Shown here piece after piece: positions 1 to 13,717 of a stretch of DNA of 64,000 nt. The stretch comes from Okamejei kenojei (lineage: Eukaryota). The notes under the pieces are model-generated. The model was not told the DNA's origin. It saw only the letters and a program-made list of their open reading frames with translations, and did no database searches. Where the stretch lies: the NCBI GenBank assembly GCA_035221665.1, contig CM069174.1, forward strand, positions 8,122,001 through 8,186,000. The letters run 5' to 3'. Positions within the stretch are counted from its first letter, which is position 1, and each line of letters begins with the position of its first letter. Both the position numbers and the translations under genes were made by a program.

Positions 1-616
1 GGCAGTATTTGAGTTTTAGCGAAACTGGATTAAAGCGAAAATGATCCAACACTTTCGATTTGCAGGGAGGTATTTTGATTGTCAGAAGCCAATTGCTGTC
101 CCAAGAGCAATTTCTGCTGGTATTTCATCGGGAAATATTCTGGCCTTAATCATCATCGATGATTTTCCCTTATTATAAAATTATGAGTGGGACTCTTCAC
201 TGATGAGAGCAGTTCATCTGATTATGAAGCCGTTGTGCATTTGCAGATAACATTCCCATCATCCATAAAATTCCATAAAATTTAGGTTTGATTGGAAAAA
301 GCAATATTGATTATTCACTTGCACATGTACAGCCACAACAGCACTAGAAAAGCTCAGCATCACCTATTTTGGAATAGTTAACCTGATTGGTGCCACTTTT
401 ATGGGACTTGATATATTGCTTCAAAGCAAAGAACCGCAGGTGCTGAATATCTAAAATAAAAACACAGAATACAAGAAATATTCAGCAGATCAAGGACCTT
501 CTGGGGAGAGAGAAACAGAATAAACATTTCAAGTTGATAATCTTTCATCAGCTTGAATGGTACCATGGTTGTATTTATCATTCATCATAAGATATCATGA
601 TGGGTTGTATTTATCA

Positions 617-2138
617 CCCATCATTTATTTATTTGCCTCTGTACTCCACAATTTGAGATATGTAATAGAAAAAAAACGTTATGTGGTTAAAGTGCACATT
701 GTCAGATTTTATTAAAAGCCATTTTTATACTTTTTGGTTTCACCATGTAGAAATTACAGCAGTGTTTATATATAGTCCCCCCCATTTCAGGGCACCATAA
801 TGTTTGGGACACATGGCTTCACAGGCGTTTGTAATTGCTCGGGTGTGTTTAAGTGCCTCCTTAATAGCTCTCAGCACCTAGTCTTTCCTCCAGTCTTTCC
901 ATCACCTTTGGAAGCTTTTATTGCTGTTTATCACATGAGAACCAAGGTTGTGCCAATGAAAGTCAAAGAAGCCATTATGAGACTGAGAAACAAGAATAAA
1001 ACTGTTAGAGGCATCAGCCAAACCTTAGGCTTACCAAAATCAACTGTTTGGAACATCATTAAGAAGAAAGAGAGCATTGGTGAGCTTACTAATCACAAGT
1101 GGCCTGGCAGGCCAAGGAAAACCTCCACAGCTCATGACAGAAGAATTCTCTCTATAATAAAGAAAAATCCCCAAACACCTGTCCAACAGATCATAAACAC
1201 TCTTCAGGAGTCAGGTTTGGATTTGTCAATGATCACTGTCTGCAGAAGAGTTCATGAACAGAAATACAGAGACTACACTGCAAGATGCAAACCACAAGTG
1301 ACAGTTTGCCAAGAAGTACTTAAAAGAGAACCACAGTTCTGGAAAAAGGTTTTGTGGACAGAAGAGACGAAGATTAACATATCAGAGTGATGGTAAGAGC
1401 AAAGTATGGAGGAGAGAAGGAACTGCCCAATATCCAAAGCATACCACCTCATCTGTGAAAGACAGTGCTGGGGGTGTTATGACCTGGGCATGTATGGCTG
1501 ATGAAGCTACTGGCTCGCTTATCTTCATTGATGATACAACTGCTGATGGTAGTTGCATAATGAATTCTGAAGTGTATAGACACATCCTATCTGCTCAAGT
1601 TCAGACAAATGCCTCAAATAATAAAGCAACAGAGGAGTTATTCAAAGCTAAAAAATGGTCAATTCTTGAGTGGCCAAGTCAATCACCTGATCTGAACTCA
1701 ATTGAGCATGTCTTTTATATGCTGAAGAGAAAACTGAAGGAGACTAGCCCCCAAAACAAGCACAGGCTAAAGATGGCTGCAATACAGGCCTGGCAGAGCA
1801 TCACCAGAGAGGACACCCAGCAACTGGTGGTGTCCATGAATCGCAGACTTCAAGCAGTCATTGCATGCAAAGGATATGCAACATAAAACTAAACTTGACT
1901 ACTTTCATTGACACGCCATTGCTGTGTCCCAAACATTATGGTGCCCTGAAATGGGGGGACTATGTATAAACACTGCTGTAATTTCTACATGGTGAAACGA
2001 AAATGTATAATTATGGCCTTTATTAAAATCTGACAATGTGCACTTTAACCACATGTGACTTTTTCTATTATAAATCTCAAATTGTGGAGTACAGGGGCAG
2101 ATGATGGGTCTTTGTCCCAAACATTATGGAGGGCACTG
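617..2138 (+). mobile_element. Tc1-family (IR/DR type) DNA transposon, degenerate, left TIR tip missing
   Basis: ORFs 800-1390 and 1455-1886 encode Tc1 transposase pieces (HTH GLPKSTVWNII, GRPRKT, WTEETK, WPSQSPDLNSIEH). ~210-bp TIRs with an inner direct repeat; right end ...GGGCACTG followed by TA. Frameshifted, and the QQDNDPKH segment is deleted. Confidence 0.93.
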
Positions 2139-2346
2139 TAAATCCTAACAACTTAAGCCTATCACTCAAGTGGTGATGCTAATCAGTCACCTGAGGATGC
2201 AAAAAAAAAATGATGCAGTACCTCAACTTCAATGGTCACCAAATAAAAAGTTCTACCAAATTGGGAGAAAATATTTCAGATTACAGTTGGTTTAATTTCC
2301 CTCTTGATTGGTGTTAAAGATAATTCGTTTAATATCTATTACTGAA

Positions 2347-2626
2347 GGGCGGCACAGTGGCGCAGCAGTAGAGCTTCACCGTGCCAGAGACCTGGATTGG
2401 ATCCTGACCCCAGGTGCTGTCTGTGTGGAGTTTGTATGTTCTCCATGTGACCGCATGAGTTTTCTCCGGGTGCTCCGGTTTCTTCCCACATTCCAAAGAC
2501 ATGCAAGTTTGTAGGTTACTTGGCTTCTATCAATTGCCCCTTGTAAGTAGGACATAGAACTAGTGTACGGGTGCTCGAAGGCCGGTGGGCTGTAGGGCCT
2601 GTTTCCACACTGTATCTCTAAACTAA
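2347..2626 (+). mobile_element. HE1-like V-SINE
   Basis: tRNA-like head, V-domain core (gtgtggagtttg...ctccggtttcttcccaca), CR1-like tail gggcctgtttccacactgtatctctaaact. Confidence 0.8.
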
Positions 2627-2658
2627 GCGAAGCTACCGTTTTCATTTAATTTTGGCAG

Positions 2659-2757
2659 TTCCTGATGCAAAGACAATCCAAGGCCCCATCGAACGTAATG
2701 GAGATCCAATTCCAGATGACCCACCTAAACCTGAAGAAACTCAGCCAGATGGAATAG
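2659..2757 (+). CDS. KMT2D: KMT2D coding exon (PDAKTIQGPIERNGDPIPDDPPKPEETQPDGI)
   Basis: tttggcag acceptor and G|gtaagt donor, open frame, phase 1-1 compatible with downstream exons. Poorly conserved region, so homology support is weak. Confidence 0.7.
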   Translation, partial: FLMQRQSKAPSNVMEIQFQMTHLNLKKLSQME

Positions 2758-5700
2758 GTAAGTCAAAATGTTGAGAAAATCTTTAACTTTGTAGTTGTAT
2801 TTAATTGTTCTTTTTGTAGACTATCTAAACAGAATGCTCTTGCAGCTCTATTTTCCTCATGTTTGGGTTTAGGTAGCACTTTGTAGTAAAGCCTGAACCA
2901 GGTTGTCTTCCGATAAGATTTCAAGATTATAAATACGAGAACAAGTGTACAGTACAAAAGCTTTTGAATTAAAATCCAAAATTAACTAAATGATCAATTG
3001 TAATTATGATAAACTGTTGAACTGTAGCAATTTACCACAGAATCCTTCCAGAATGTGCAGATATCTGCCAATATTTGTCTTGTTGTTAAATTTTCTAAAC
3101 TTGGGGTAGTGGGATGTGTCCTTTGGGAAGTGTATATAACACACATTGGTCAAATAGAAACCCTAGAGATGGTTGGATAGTTTCTTTAGATAATAAGGCA
3201 GTAGCAGACCAAGGAAATATAGATACATTTTCAGTCCTGTTCATGGGAGACTCGACTACAACCTCGTGAAGTCGGTGCAGAAGCACAATATTGAAGCCGT
3301 TTGAAAAGACCTTTGTAATGCCTTCACCATGCTATATTTTTTTTAATGGCACTGCATGTTGTCGACAATAGGATGTCTGAAATAAACCAATTTAATTCCA
3401 CAGCACTACCATTACTTGCAGCGATCACTTAAATCACAAAGGCATCACTTAAATCTACTACTTTTCCATTGTAACTATATGTCTGGTTTGGTTTCACATT
3501 TTGATTACACTTTACGATGACTTTTTATTGGGTCTTCACTTTTATTTTCCATACAAGGCGCTTATTGTATGAGCTTAACTCTGGCAATTCACGGGCAGAT
3601 TTCAAAATTGGTGGCACTGTTCACAGCGTTACCTGTTTTGGAGGGGGTAATACTGGTCTTCTTGCTTGCTTTCTGCTACCTCTAGCTTTATGACCACCGA
3701 TTGCTTTTTTTAAAAAAAAAAACTCTTACTTAGTGTTCCCACAAATTGGCTAAAAGATCATCTGTATTTTCACTATTCTAAAATTGTGAAACTGCAGAAA
3801 ATGAGTTTGAGGAACTTCAGATTTGTTGTTGTAGATCAGGTATTTGGACTTTGAGTTGGAGAATACGTCCAGTTGTGGAAGAGTCTGGGGAGGAGGAGAT
3901 GCTGCTGGAGACTGTGGTAGTAGTGTTTGGACTGATTTCCTCAATGCGCTTATGTGTGACCCGGCACCTATTTCTACTTACTGACCCCAGGTTCATCATT
4001 CTTGACATTGAGTATATATGTCCCTCTTCAGCATTCCCTGCTCTTTAACCTGCAGTGCATTCATTGAGCATTCAACAGAAATACTGAGAATGGTGGAAGT
4101 GTTGGGAGTTGAGTTCTAAAGTGGAAGAGATGAGGTGAGGGACAGGGAGTTGAGGAATGTGATGCGCCTTTAGGAAACACCTACATTCCCATTTTTAGAA
4201 GCACGTTGTCCATGTAGTATTCACTAACTTGCTGCTTCCTTTTCTATTCTCCTTCCCTTGAAGGTATAGTTTTGCTTGTGAGGCCTAAAATCCATTTTAT
4301 GGCCTGGTTTGAAGCCTATCCTTGGGCTCTGGAAATTAGTTGCCTGCTGACTCCTGCAAAATCTGTTGCCATTCCACATTGAGGGCAGACTCGCCGTGTG
4401 TATATTTGCTTATCCTTTGTTTCTGGTACATTTGGTCTGATCAATGTGCTTTTTAATCTCAAATTATTTCTTCCCAAAAAACAAACCCATCACAATGATG
4501 ACCTTTCATTCTGTAAAGCTTGTAAATGCACTGAGATCAGCCTTGTAGCCTTGAACAAGTGCCAAAGATATTTTGTTTTTCTCATATTTGATATTTATGT
4601 TAATGATGATGGAGTTAGTGATTGACTAGATGAATAACAAAACATGAAAGGATTATCAAGATTTTTTTAATAAATATGTAAGGTGGAGATTTTGTGAGTA
4701 CTGAACAGAGTCTGAATTCTATTATCAATATAGAAGAAATAAAAATGCCCATGTGTTTCATGCAAGCTTACACAGTCAAACTTTCCAAGCGTTTGTTGGT
4801 CTTTCTTTGAAGATGTACTTAGAACTTCTGTTAATTGCCTTTTAAGGATCGTGGACCTTTGAAATGCTCTTCCACCAGGGGCGGAGACACGGAATATTTG
4901 AACATTTTGAAGGTAGAGATAGATTCCTGACAAGCAAGGTGCTGAGATGTAACTGAAGGTGGATGGGAATGTGGAGTCGAGTTGCCAGTCAGCTTAGCAA
5001 TTATCTTATTAAATGATAGAGCAGGCTTAAGGGTTTCTTTTTCTTAAAATAGAAGTCAGGCATTTTATCCATTCATTTTCTGGTCTAGGTGGAGTTACTT
5101 TGAGGCAGCCTTAAATGCCCCTTGATTAACTGGAGGAACGTAAAAGCTACACATTGTATGTTTTGGATAGTATGGCTTGGACAATTTGCTACAGGTTGTA
5201 CAAGAGGGAATTGGCTTTGAAAAAAAGCAGGCCACTAAGTTTGTTCTACCTTGGCGAGTGGCCATTAGAAATGTGCGTGAGTGTTTGAGCTGGACCACAG
5301 GAAAGTGGCAAATATATATTTTAAGAGATAGAAATCCAGTAACTAGTATGCATTCCTACATTTAATCTATATTATGAAGCATTTTAAATATAGTTATACA
5401 TTTTGAGAAAATAGAAATGAGGATCTAATCTAGTTTTATGCAATTTTCTAATTTTCGCAGAGCAATTAAAATTATAATAACAAACGTAAAATACTGAAAT
5501 CACACAGCAAAGCTTGAGTCAAAAAATTGTCGGAACTGGGGAAAGATAAAACGATAAATTGCAGAGAATGGAAGGTGTAAATGGATGAAAAAAGAGATCA
5601 TCTCTTGTGTGATCATGGTGTAGATAAACTAAATTAAGTGAACCCGTTGAGACTTTAATGAGGGTTTGAGAGAGAGAGAGAGAGAGAGCGAGATAATAAC

Positions 5701-6952
5701 AAAGGAATGCAAGAGCTGCAAAAATGTAGAGCTGGAGGAACTGCCCAGTGGGTTAACCAGTGCTAATGCAGAGAGAAAGTCTGGGTTAATGTTACAGATG
5801 GGCCTACAACAGAAGTGAACAGTTCTAACGCAAACCGAGAAAGTGAGTTTCCTGAAGTTGTAGAACCTGATATTGAGTCAAGATGGCTGCAGCATTACCC
5901 AGATGAAAGATGTGCTGTTGTTCTCAAGCTTATGATGTGCTTTGTTTTGCCAATGCAGGGGGTCAGAGTGGAGTGAAAAATAGGCATGCGCTTAAAAATT
6001 AAGCTTCCTCCAATGTCTGATTTTCGGAGAGGTTATTTCATTTTAAATCGATGGTCTGGTTCCCAGCATTTAAAAAATTTCAAGCTCCTTGTTTTCCTCC
6101 TGGTTTTCACAATTATTTGTGGCTCAGAGAAACGAGCTAGGGGACTATGTCTTCTTGCTTACTCTTTGGTATCATTCTACTTTGTTGAAATGGTGTGGGT
6201 ACCTATGGAAAGACAGGGCATAATGAAACATCCTCATTGCCATTGTTGAAAATTAACAAGACAGTTGCAATTATAATTATGTCTTAGAATATATCACTCC
6301 TGGGCAATAGTTTAAGGGCAGTGGTTGAAACAGTTATGCTGCTTTTTAATATTGTGCATTAATATTTTTCTTCTGCAGTCTTTTAATCTTGCTTTAAAGT
6401 CACTTTATTTGCGATGTTTCTATTTCCAACTCTTTAAAACTTAAGTTGATTACTGTTGACCCGTTTCCAGGAAGAACATTCCCTGAATTGGGCTATAGCC
6501 ACAGTTATCGTCATCCAACTTTCTATCAATTTGATTGTAGAGCTTGGACTACTATTTTGCACTGTTAATACAGCAGCTTGGATATCCACTTATGGGCTTT
6601 GTAAACGTGCACTCAGCTGATGATTTTACTGTAAATGTCAGACCAGGACCCATTTGCTCATGTCTATTTATTTATGAGTATATTAGTCTGTTTGCAGTTT
6701 GGTTAACTACACTGACTACAGTTATTCCTAGAATGTAAGTTTTTTGGCTAACATACTGATAACGGTAGAGACCCTGGAATGCTCCGTAGCACTTTGATGT
6801 TTGTCATGAAACTTGTTTGGTCTGTGCACAGTGAATGGGCTGTGTCGTTGCACAGGGATGGTTGTGGACTCTTGGTTGGAAAGAGTAAATGGCTTTTTCT
6901 TGCTACTGTTCATTTTTACCCTTTTGTTTTTATTGTACTTTTGGGTTTTTAG

Positions 6953-7000
6953 GTTTCGATCTCAGTCCTTTCCACGCAGACAGCTCCCTCTCTCCCTTTG
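6953..7000 (+). CDS. KMT2D: Putative 48-nt cassette microexon of KMT2D (GFDLSPFHADSSLSPF)
   Basis: Long T-rich tract ending ttttag, donor G|gtaagc, phase 1-1, no stop, frame-preserving. Confidence 0.65.
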
Positions 7001-7966
7001 GTAAGCAGTCAGACCCTCTCGCCACTATTTGCGTGTTCACGTGTTAACATCAGTAGTTTGTACCTGGGTGCTTGTATGTCTGCTTGCATTTTCATAGAGG
7101 ATATTTGCGTGACATCACCAGTCTATTCGGCAAGTGACTGGTCAAATGCTAAAAAAATATTTTTTAGCAATTGTGAACGTAATTTTTTTTTTTTTGTTTG
7201 CTTTCCTGCCTTAAATCTTCTGAAATTTTGTCTGTAAAATGCATGTCAAAATCAGTTTGCATTCACAAAATATCTCAGAAGTAACAATTGTGAACATAGA
7301 TTGTCCTGCGTCATAGTTCATACTTAATCAAATATTTGTATGGCTGTAAAGGTGTAGTGAGTTGAATATAAAACTGTTTTGAGGCATGGGAGTCGTTTGG
7401 CAATTATTGGTAGACTGAGCATGCACAAGTTTGTCACTGATTATTGGTGCAAATTTCATTCATTGTCTTAAATGTGCAAACAATGATTTTTTTTGCACCA
7501 TAGCGTTTATTTATCAGCTGATTTGGCAGTTTGTTCAAAGCTTTTTCAGTCTCCTGTATAAGTATAAAAATGTTATGATGGTTCTCCAAGTTGATAATCA
7601 CACAAAATATCGTTAAATATCCAAAATGTGATGAAGCTTTGCCTGTGGTGAACTGGCTGATTTCAAATGGGTTGCAGTTGTGGTGTTCCATTCCTCTCAC
7701 AGCTGATCACCACCAATCAACCCTACCGCCTATGTGCCGTGTGAATTTGGGCAAGTTCACCATTGGACTTGGCTGTGATGTGCTCTAATATTAATGGGCT
7801 GCAGAGCTTGATTGGGCAATGGCCACTCAAACTGAATTAAAGTTGTCAGCACCGTTTTGACTTTGTCAGGGAGGGTCAGGTGGATTCAGCAGAGGAGGTT
7901 TGCGAGATTTTGTTTACATAAGGGGGGGTATAATTGTGATCCGCACTATTAGCACAGAGTGAAGTA

Positions 7967-8138
7967 CAGTGCCCTCCATAATGGTAAAACCAAAATGTAT
8001 AAAAATGGCCTTTAATAAAATCTGACAATGTGCACTTTAACCGCATTAAGTTTTTTCTATTACAAATCTCAAATTGTGGAGTACAGAGGCAAATAAATAA
8101 ATGATGGGTCTTTGTCCCAAACATTATGGAGGGCACTG
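7967..8138. mobile_element. 172-bp internally deleted Tc1 derivative
   Basis: TA|CAGTGCCCTCCATAATG ... CATTATGGAGGGCACTG|TA; the body matches the TIR of the long Tc1 copies. Confidence 0.9.
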
Positions 8139-8201
8139 TATGTTGCCAGATGTCAGAGTTGATACTATTGTATCCAAGCTAATCAATGTACAAGCAGTTG
8201 A

Positions 8202-8432
8202 TGTGTAGGAAAGAACTGCAGATGCTGGTTTAAATCGAAGGTAGATCACAAAATGCTGGAGTAACTCAGCAGCACAGGCAACATCTCTGGAGAGAAGGAA
8301 TGGGTGACGTTTCGGGTCAAGACCCTTCTACAGACAAAGAAGATGAAAAAGGGTCTCGATCCGAAACTTCATCCATTCCTTCTCTCCAGAGATGCTGCCT
8401 GTCCCGCTGAGTTACTCTAGCATTTTGTGATC
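8202..8432. mobile_element. Penelope terminal-repeat-derived foldback mini-element
   Basis: Inverted arms ~8241-8327 and ~8349-8435; 13-bp direct repeat tacaagcagttga at 8189-8201 and 8433-8445. The same repeat follows the GIY-YIG fragment at ~15.2 kb. Confidence 0.8.
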
Positions 8433-11400
8433 TACAAGCAGTTGAGTTCACTGTTTGAGATTGTTGGCAAATCCCATTTTATTTTGCTACCTGTCTGGTA
8501 GAGAGTTGAACATTGAGATTACAAGAAAGTTGCAATGTAAATCTGGAACTCTGCTAATTATACTTATTGATGGCGTTTTATAGAATGTGTTGACTGGTGT
8601 CCTGAAGACATGGTGGCACACCATCTATCTTCCATTCAATTCTTTATAATTTAATCAATGGAGATTCACTTTATTGCCCGATTTCTTTTTGGCATTGTTA
8701 TCTATCAGAATAGCTTGCAAATTATCTTGCAATTCATGTGAAGATGAGCAAATCCAGCCTGCATGAAGATAATATGTTCCACTGGGATACCAGTATCGAA
8801 TGGGGTAAACTTTTAGGAAATTAAAATTTATCAGTAACCAAACTGAATTATAATGAAAGAAGTACTTCCACAAGGAATTGGATTTATCTGTTATGTTATC
8901 TGTTATCATTAGTTTTTATACTGAGAGTTTTTTTCCCAAAAGCAGATTTTAACAACTAGTAGTTTGAAAATATAATGGGGTCATTGGTTTAAACTGAAGA
9001 TAGACACAAAAAGCCGGAGTAACTCAGCGGGACAGGCAACATCTCTTGAGAGAAGGATTTGGTGACTTTTCGGGTCGAGACCCATCCTCAGACCCATTGG
9101 TTTGATTGTTAATCTAGCCATCTTGTGTCTATCAGGACAAACTTGTTTTTTGGAGCTGGGCAATTCAATAGGAAATAGTTCATGAACGTTTTGATTGGTT
9201 TGTTGTGGTCTGTACAGTAGTGTGATAACCTCCAGCTATGATCCAGAACCTGGTCTGAGATTTAAGCTGAAAGTTGTATGAAAATGGTATAGTCTAAGGA
9301 GGGAAATAATTTGGGAACTATTCAAAATGTTTAAGGTCGTTTTTTTTCCTTGTTTCACTTGCTGGGCTTTTTAACGTATGTCTCAAACTGACTACTTTCA
9401 TTTGTGCATTTTTCCTTTGGGTGGCAGATTGTTTTTTGGTTTAGAATCAAGAATCATGTATGTATAGTTTTTCCACTAGAATTAAGTTGATCCAATGGCG
9501 AGACGAATAATGTCGGACTTGCGTCTACTCTTTGTTTAGTAACCAAGGGTAGTTCAGTCACAATTTTTCCTGATTAGTTACTATCCCAGGAAGTTGTTGA
9601 GCAGCGATATTTCACATATTTGTTCCTGCTTCAGAAATTGATGGCTAATCCAGTATTTAACTGTATGCAGACAAAGCACTTTCCAAATAATGCCACTACC
9701 TGGGAATAAGTTACACTGGCAAGTGAAAGTTTGTGTCTGCAGACATTGGATTTAATTCAGAATGAAAGTGTTGAGATGTCTTCCTGGGATATAGCGCACA
9801 TAGCTTTTGAAATGCATTCTTCTTGATATGTATACACCTCTTGTTCCACTCTGACGGAATCATAGAAATTCCAAGGTATCCATGCGAGCCAAAAAAAATA
9901 GCAATGTGGTCTAATTCCACTTCCAACTCTTGGGCTGTAACCATTAAAGGCTACAACACAGTACTTACCCAGTAGTACTTAAATGCAATTGAATATTTCT
10001 GCTGGTGTCATCTTTTGAGAGAGTGTATTCCAGACCACCTCTACTTCCAAGGTGGAAAGGTTTTCCTGCTGTCATTTCACCAGCTACCAAAAAATCTTTG
10101 TCCCCGAGTTGCTGACTTTTTTTACTAAGGAAATTGGGTCCGCCTTTTTCTCGGCCTGTCATAATTTTATGCATCTCAATTAAATCCAAACTTCAACTTT
10201 TCCAATCTCTCCTCACAACTGAAATTCTCCAGCCCCAGCAAAATCCTTTTGGTTCTTCTCCTGAAACTATGTTAATGCTAGCACATTGTCCTTCCTTCCT
10301 TCCTTCCCCATACCTTATCTTGTATTTTGTATCTCGGCCAGTGAAGAAAAGTATCTTCTGAGCATTCTTAATCACCACGTTAGCTACTCTGCTGCCTTCA
10401 GAAAACAGTGGGCATGCTCCTCGAGGTCTTTTTCCATGCCTCTGTATTTTACTATTTGTCATGTACTTGTCTAAATGCATTGCCTCAACATTTCTCAGGA
10501 TTGGCTTTTATCTGGTGCGTTGCTCATGTTTGTTGCAGTCACCATGCCAAATACTACCCTCTTTCTCTTACGATAACTTACAGTTGATCTGCCCAGATAG
10601 GTAATCATTGAGAAGTTGAACATGATGCCGTTCTTAGCTTTACCAGTTTGAGCATATCCTAAATTTAGTTCATATGTTATACATTTTTATAGTGTCTTTC
10701 TAGCTTTATAACGATTTGGAAAATGTAGATTTCTTCTTGAAATCTAAGTTGTGCATGCTTTAATTACTGTTATTGAAATCTCACTAAAATTAGGAAAATT
10801 ATTTCATAGCAAATCATTAGCTTGTATTTATTTGAGTCTTTTTAGGGTTTGAGGGCACAGGAGCCATTTATACCGCTCCAACTATAAGCAAGCAATAGCA
10901 CACAATCACTGGTTTGGATAGTTGGTAGACATTGATTTCATCAACTGAGCCACTGAGGGAGCTTCAGTTCACTTCCTAAAATGACACTTTAAATTACAAA
11001 TGCTGATCATTTTTGAGTTTAGCTCCCTTCGTTCATGGACTGAAGATGACGAAGCCATTAAATTTCAGTGTTGAACATGAAGCAATGATTGTTGTAATAT
11101 GTTGTGCGCGTAGTCTGTTTCCCCAACCATGAGTAAAGAGTCTCGCTGTGTTGTGCTCCACCTTTTATTTTGAGTGGAAATAGGACTGCTAATGAATTTG
11201 ATTGGTAAGCAGGCCTAAGATTGAAACCTGCCATTATGTTGTTGTGAGTGTTAACAGTATCAGTCTTGTCATATTTTGGATTTGGATTTGTTATTATTTG
11301 ACTAATTTCCCACAAATCAGTAAATGTTTATCATTTTTTTAAAAAACTGTTTTTGTTGTTTCCTTTGGCAGAATTTAAAAAAAAAATCATATTTAACTTT

Positions 11401-11513
11401 TGTATCTGAGGAGTCATCCTCTATTGTCCTCCTGTTACTGAAATTTAAACTCCATTTTGTTTGTATGCTGCCAAAAATTCTGTTCAGTAACTTATGGTGC
11501 TCCTTTCTTTAAG

Positions 11514-11651
11514 CTGGGATTGACGTCTCATCCATTACGGATGAGCTTTCATCCAGTCATCCTGATGAGAGCTCTAAGCGAAACCAAGCTTTTAATGATG
11601 CTCCAGTGGAGGGTGCCCTCAGCTCTGATCTTGACAAGATTGTAACCGAGG
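11514..11651 (+). CDS. KMT2D: KMT2D coding exon (GIDVSSITDEL...EGALSSDLDKIVTE)
   Basis: tttaag acceptor, G|gtaggt donor; EGALSSDLDKI resembles human KMT2D EGMLSSDLDRI. Confidence 0.9.
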
Positions 11652-13253
11652 GTAGGTATTAGAATTTGTTTGAAACAGATCCTGGGGTCGATTCGATTGG
11701 AATTGCTTTTGGGTTTTGTTGAAGTTACATTTTACAAGTTAAGGATGTATAGAGTTACAGTTTTAATATTTGTCCATATAACCTTTTAGAATACTGAAGT
11801 AAAAGATTAAAAGTGACAAGTCACCTGGAGTTGGACATTTAAACTGACTGTTTTTCTTTCCCTGACCATTTATCTCTCCCTTTCACTCAACCCATCATGT
11901 TTTCCCTAATATGAACCCTTGAACCTTTCTAGCACTTGCTTATTCAGGCATATAACTTGTTTACATATAACGTAACTCTTATGTCAACTGACATAAATGG
12001 TTTTGTTTCCTCAAATGTTGATTTTGCTGTATTTCAAAAAGACTAAATTCATTTTAGTTTTAAAAATCAATCTTGACACCTCTGTCCTTGCAAACTACTT
12101 TTCTATATGCAATGACCCCCTCTAGTCTTTATAGGTGGTGTTATCTTCCACATCTGTTTACCTTTCCACATTTTAAAATTTGAATTTCTCGAATCAACTC
12201 TTTGGCCCTGGAAATAACCATAACTGAAGCTGCTATTGCCAATGATGCGATATAATTTCACTTTCTCCTCGGTTGTATTGAATGTTTATGGTTTGGCAGA
12301 GTCATGCTTTCTTCCAGTTAGTGTAGGGAGAACCAAAGTTAATGCCTTTGATTCCAGTCACAGTCTACGATACCTTATAATTTTTTTTTTTTTTAATCTG
12401 TTCCCATTCCCAACCTTGGTCTCTGCCTCGATCAGGAAGCATGTAGCTTCAATAAACCTCTGAAGCTAAGCTTTTTATCTTGTGTTGTCCTCCACTAAGA
12501 TGGTTTACTTCTATCTCATCACCTCAGTTGACTCAATTTCTGCTGCAGTCCATCTGCTGTTGGATTTCTCATTCAATCTTTAAGGTATTTGGTACATTAT
12601 TCAGGTTTGCATATCCCTTTGTCATCCTCACTTCCAAAATAACATTTCCTTTTGACTTTGCCATTAGCTGTGCTGAAATTCAAACCCCTCTGCAACCAGA
12701 AAGCACTTATGTTCTTTTAGTATTCATTTCCTTTCAGGGCTTGCCTTAAACCGCATTTTTTACCAACCTCTTTGGTATTTATTTTTATAGTATTTGATGT
12801 CAGTGTTTGCATGGCAACAAATATGTGAAGTGCCTTGGCATGTTTTTCTTTGATAAAAGCGTTATTGCTCTTGGCACTAAACTTGCCAATGTGATTCTCA
12901 GGAATTTTTGGTCAGTTTCCCTCGCTCCACTCCCTCCTTCCTCCTACTCTTCGACTTGTTCCACGTAGAATATAGCACCAGGATTCAGTACCCAAGATAT
13001 TATTTCCATGCATTTGAGAGGGAGAGTTGTAGCATTGTTTTGTCTATGCTAATCACCCAAAGGCAGATTGTGAAAGTCTATTTTGAAAACGAGTTGATTC
13101 TTAAAGAATACATTGGACCACCGAGGAGTTGGTGACAAAGGATTGTATTCATTTATATGTTTTTATCTGATTAAGTTTCTAGCATGTTGACGTTTTGAAT
13201 GTTTAATAATTTAATTGATACAGCAGCTTCAATGTTACATCTTTCTTCATCAG

Positions 13254-13442
13254 AACTGGCACAAATGGAGAGTAAAGACGTACAGCAGCTCTTCACTGAT
13301 GTTCTGGGATCACAGGGAAATCATCCACTTCCAGAATCAACACTGAGTAGTGTCAAAACAGTCTCTGAAAGTCATCTTCTCACTTCTCATGGGTTAGGCG
13401 AACTCATCAGACCTTCATTAAGCCAGCAGTCTCTTCTTTCTG
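13254..13442 (+). CDS. KMT2D: KMT2D coding exon (ELAQMESKDVQQLFTDVLGS...)
   Basis: catcag acceptor, G|gtaaag donor; resembles human ELPKMESKDLQQLFKDVLGS. Confidence 0.93.
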
Positions 13443-13512
13443 GTAAAGGAAATACGTTTTTTTTTAACATTGTTAGGTCTTAGCTAGCACGTATTGGACC
13501 ATTTAATAGAAT

Positions 13513-13717
13513 GTGTAGGAAGGAACTGCAGATGCTGGTTTAAATTGAATATCTTCAGAGACAAAATGCTGGAGTAACTCAGCGGGTCAGACAGCATCTC
13601 TGGAGAAAAGGATTAGGTGATGTTTTGGGTCGAGACCTTTCCCCGAAATGTCACCTATTCCGTTTCTCCAGAGATGCTGACTGACCCGCTGAGTTACTCC
13701 AGCTTTTTGTGTGTCTT
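13513..13717. mobile_element. Penelope terminal-repeat-derived foldback mini-element
   Basis: Inverted arms ~13561-13629 and ~13642-13710; 14-bp TSD ccatttaatagaat at 13499-13512 and 13718-13731. Confidence 0.82.

Noticed and set aside
5668-5692. (GA)n microsatellite and other short tandem duplications (20325-20370, 42113-42150, 52023-52056)
   Set aside because: Ordinary slippage products.
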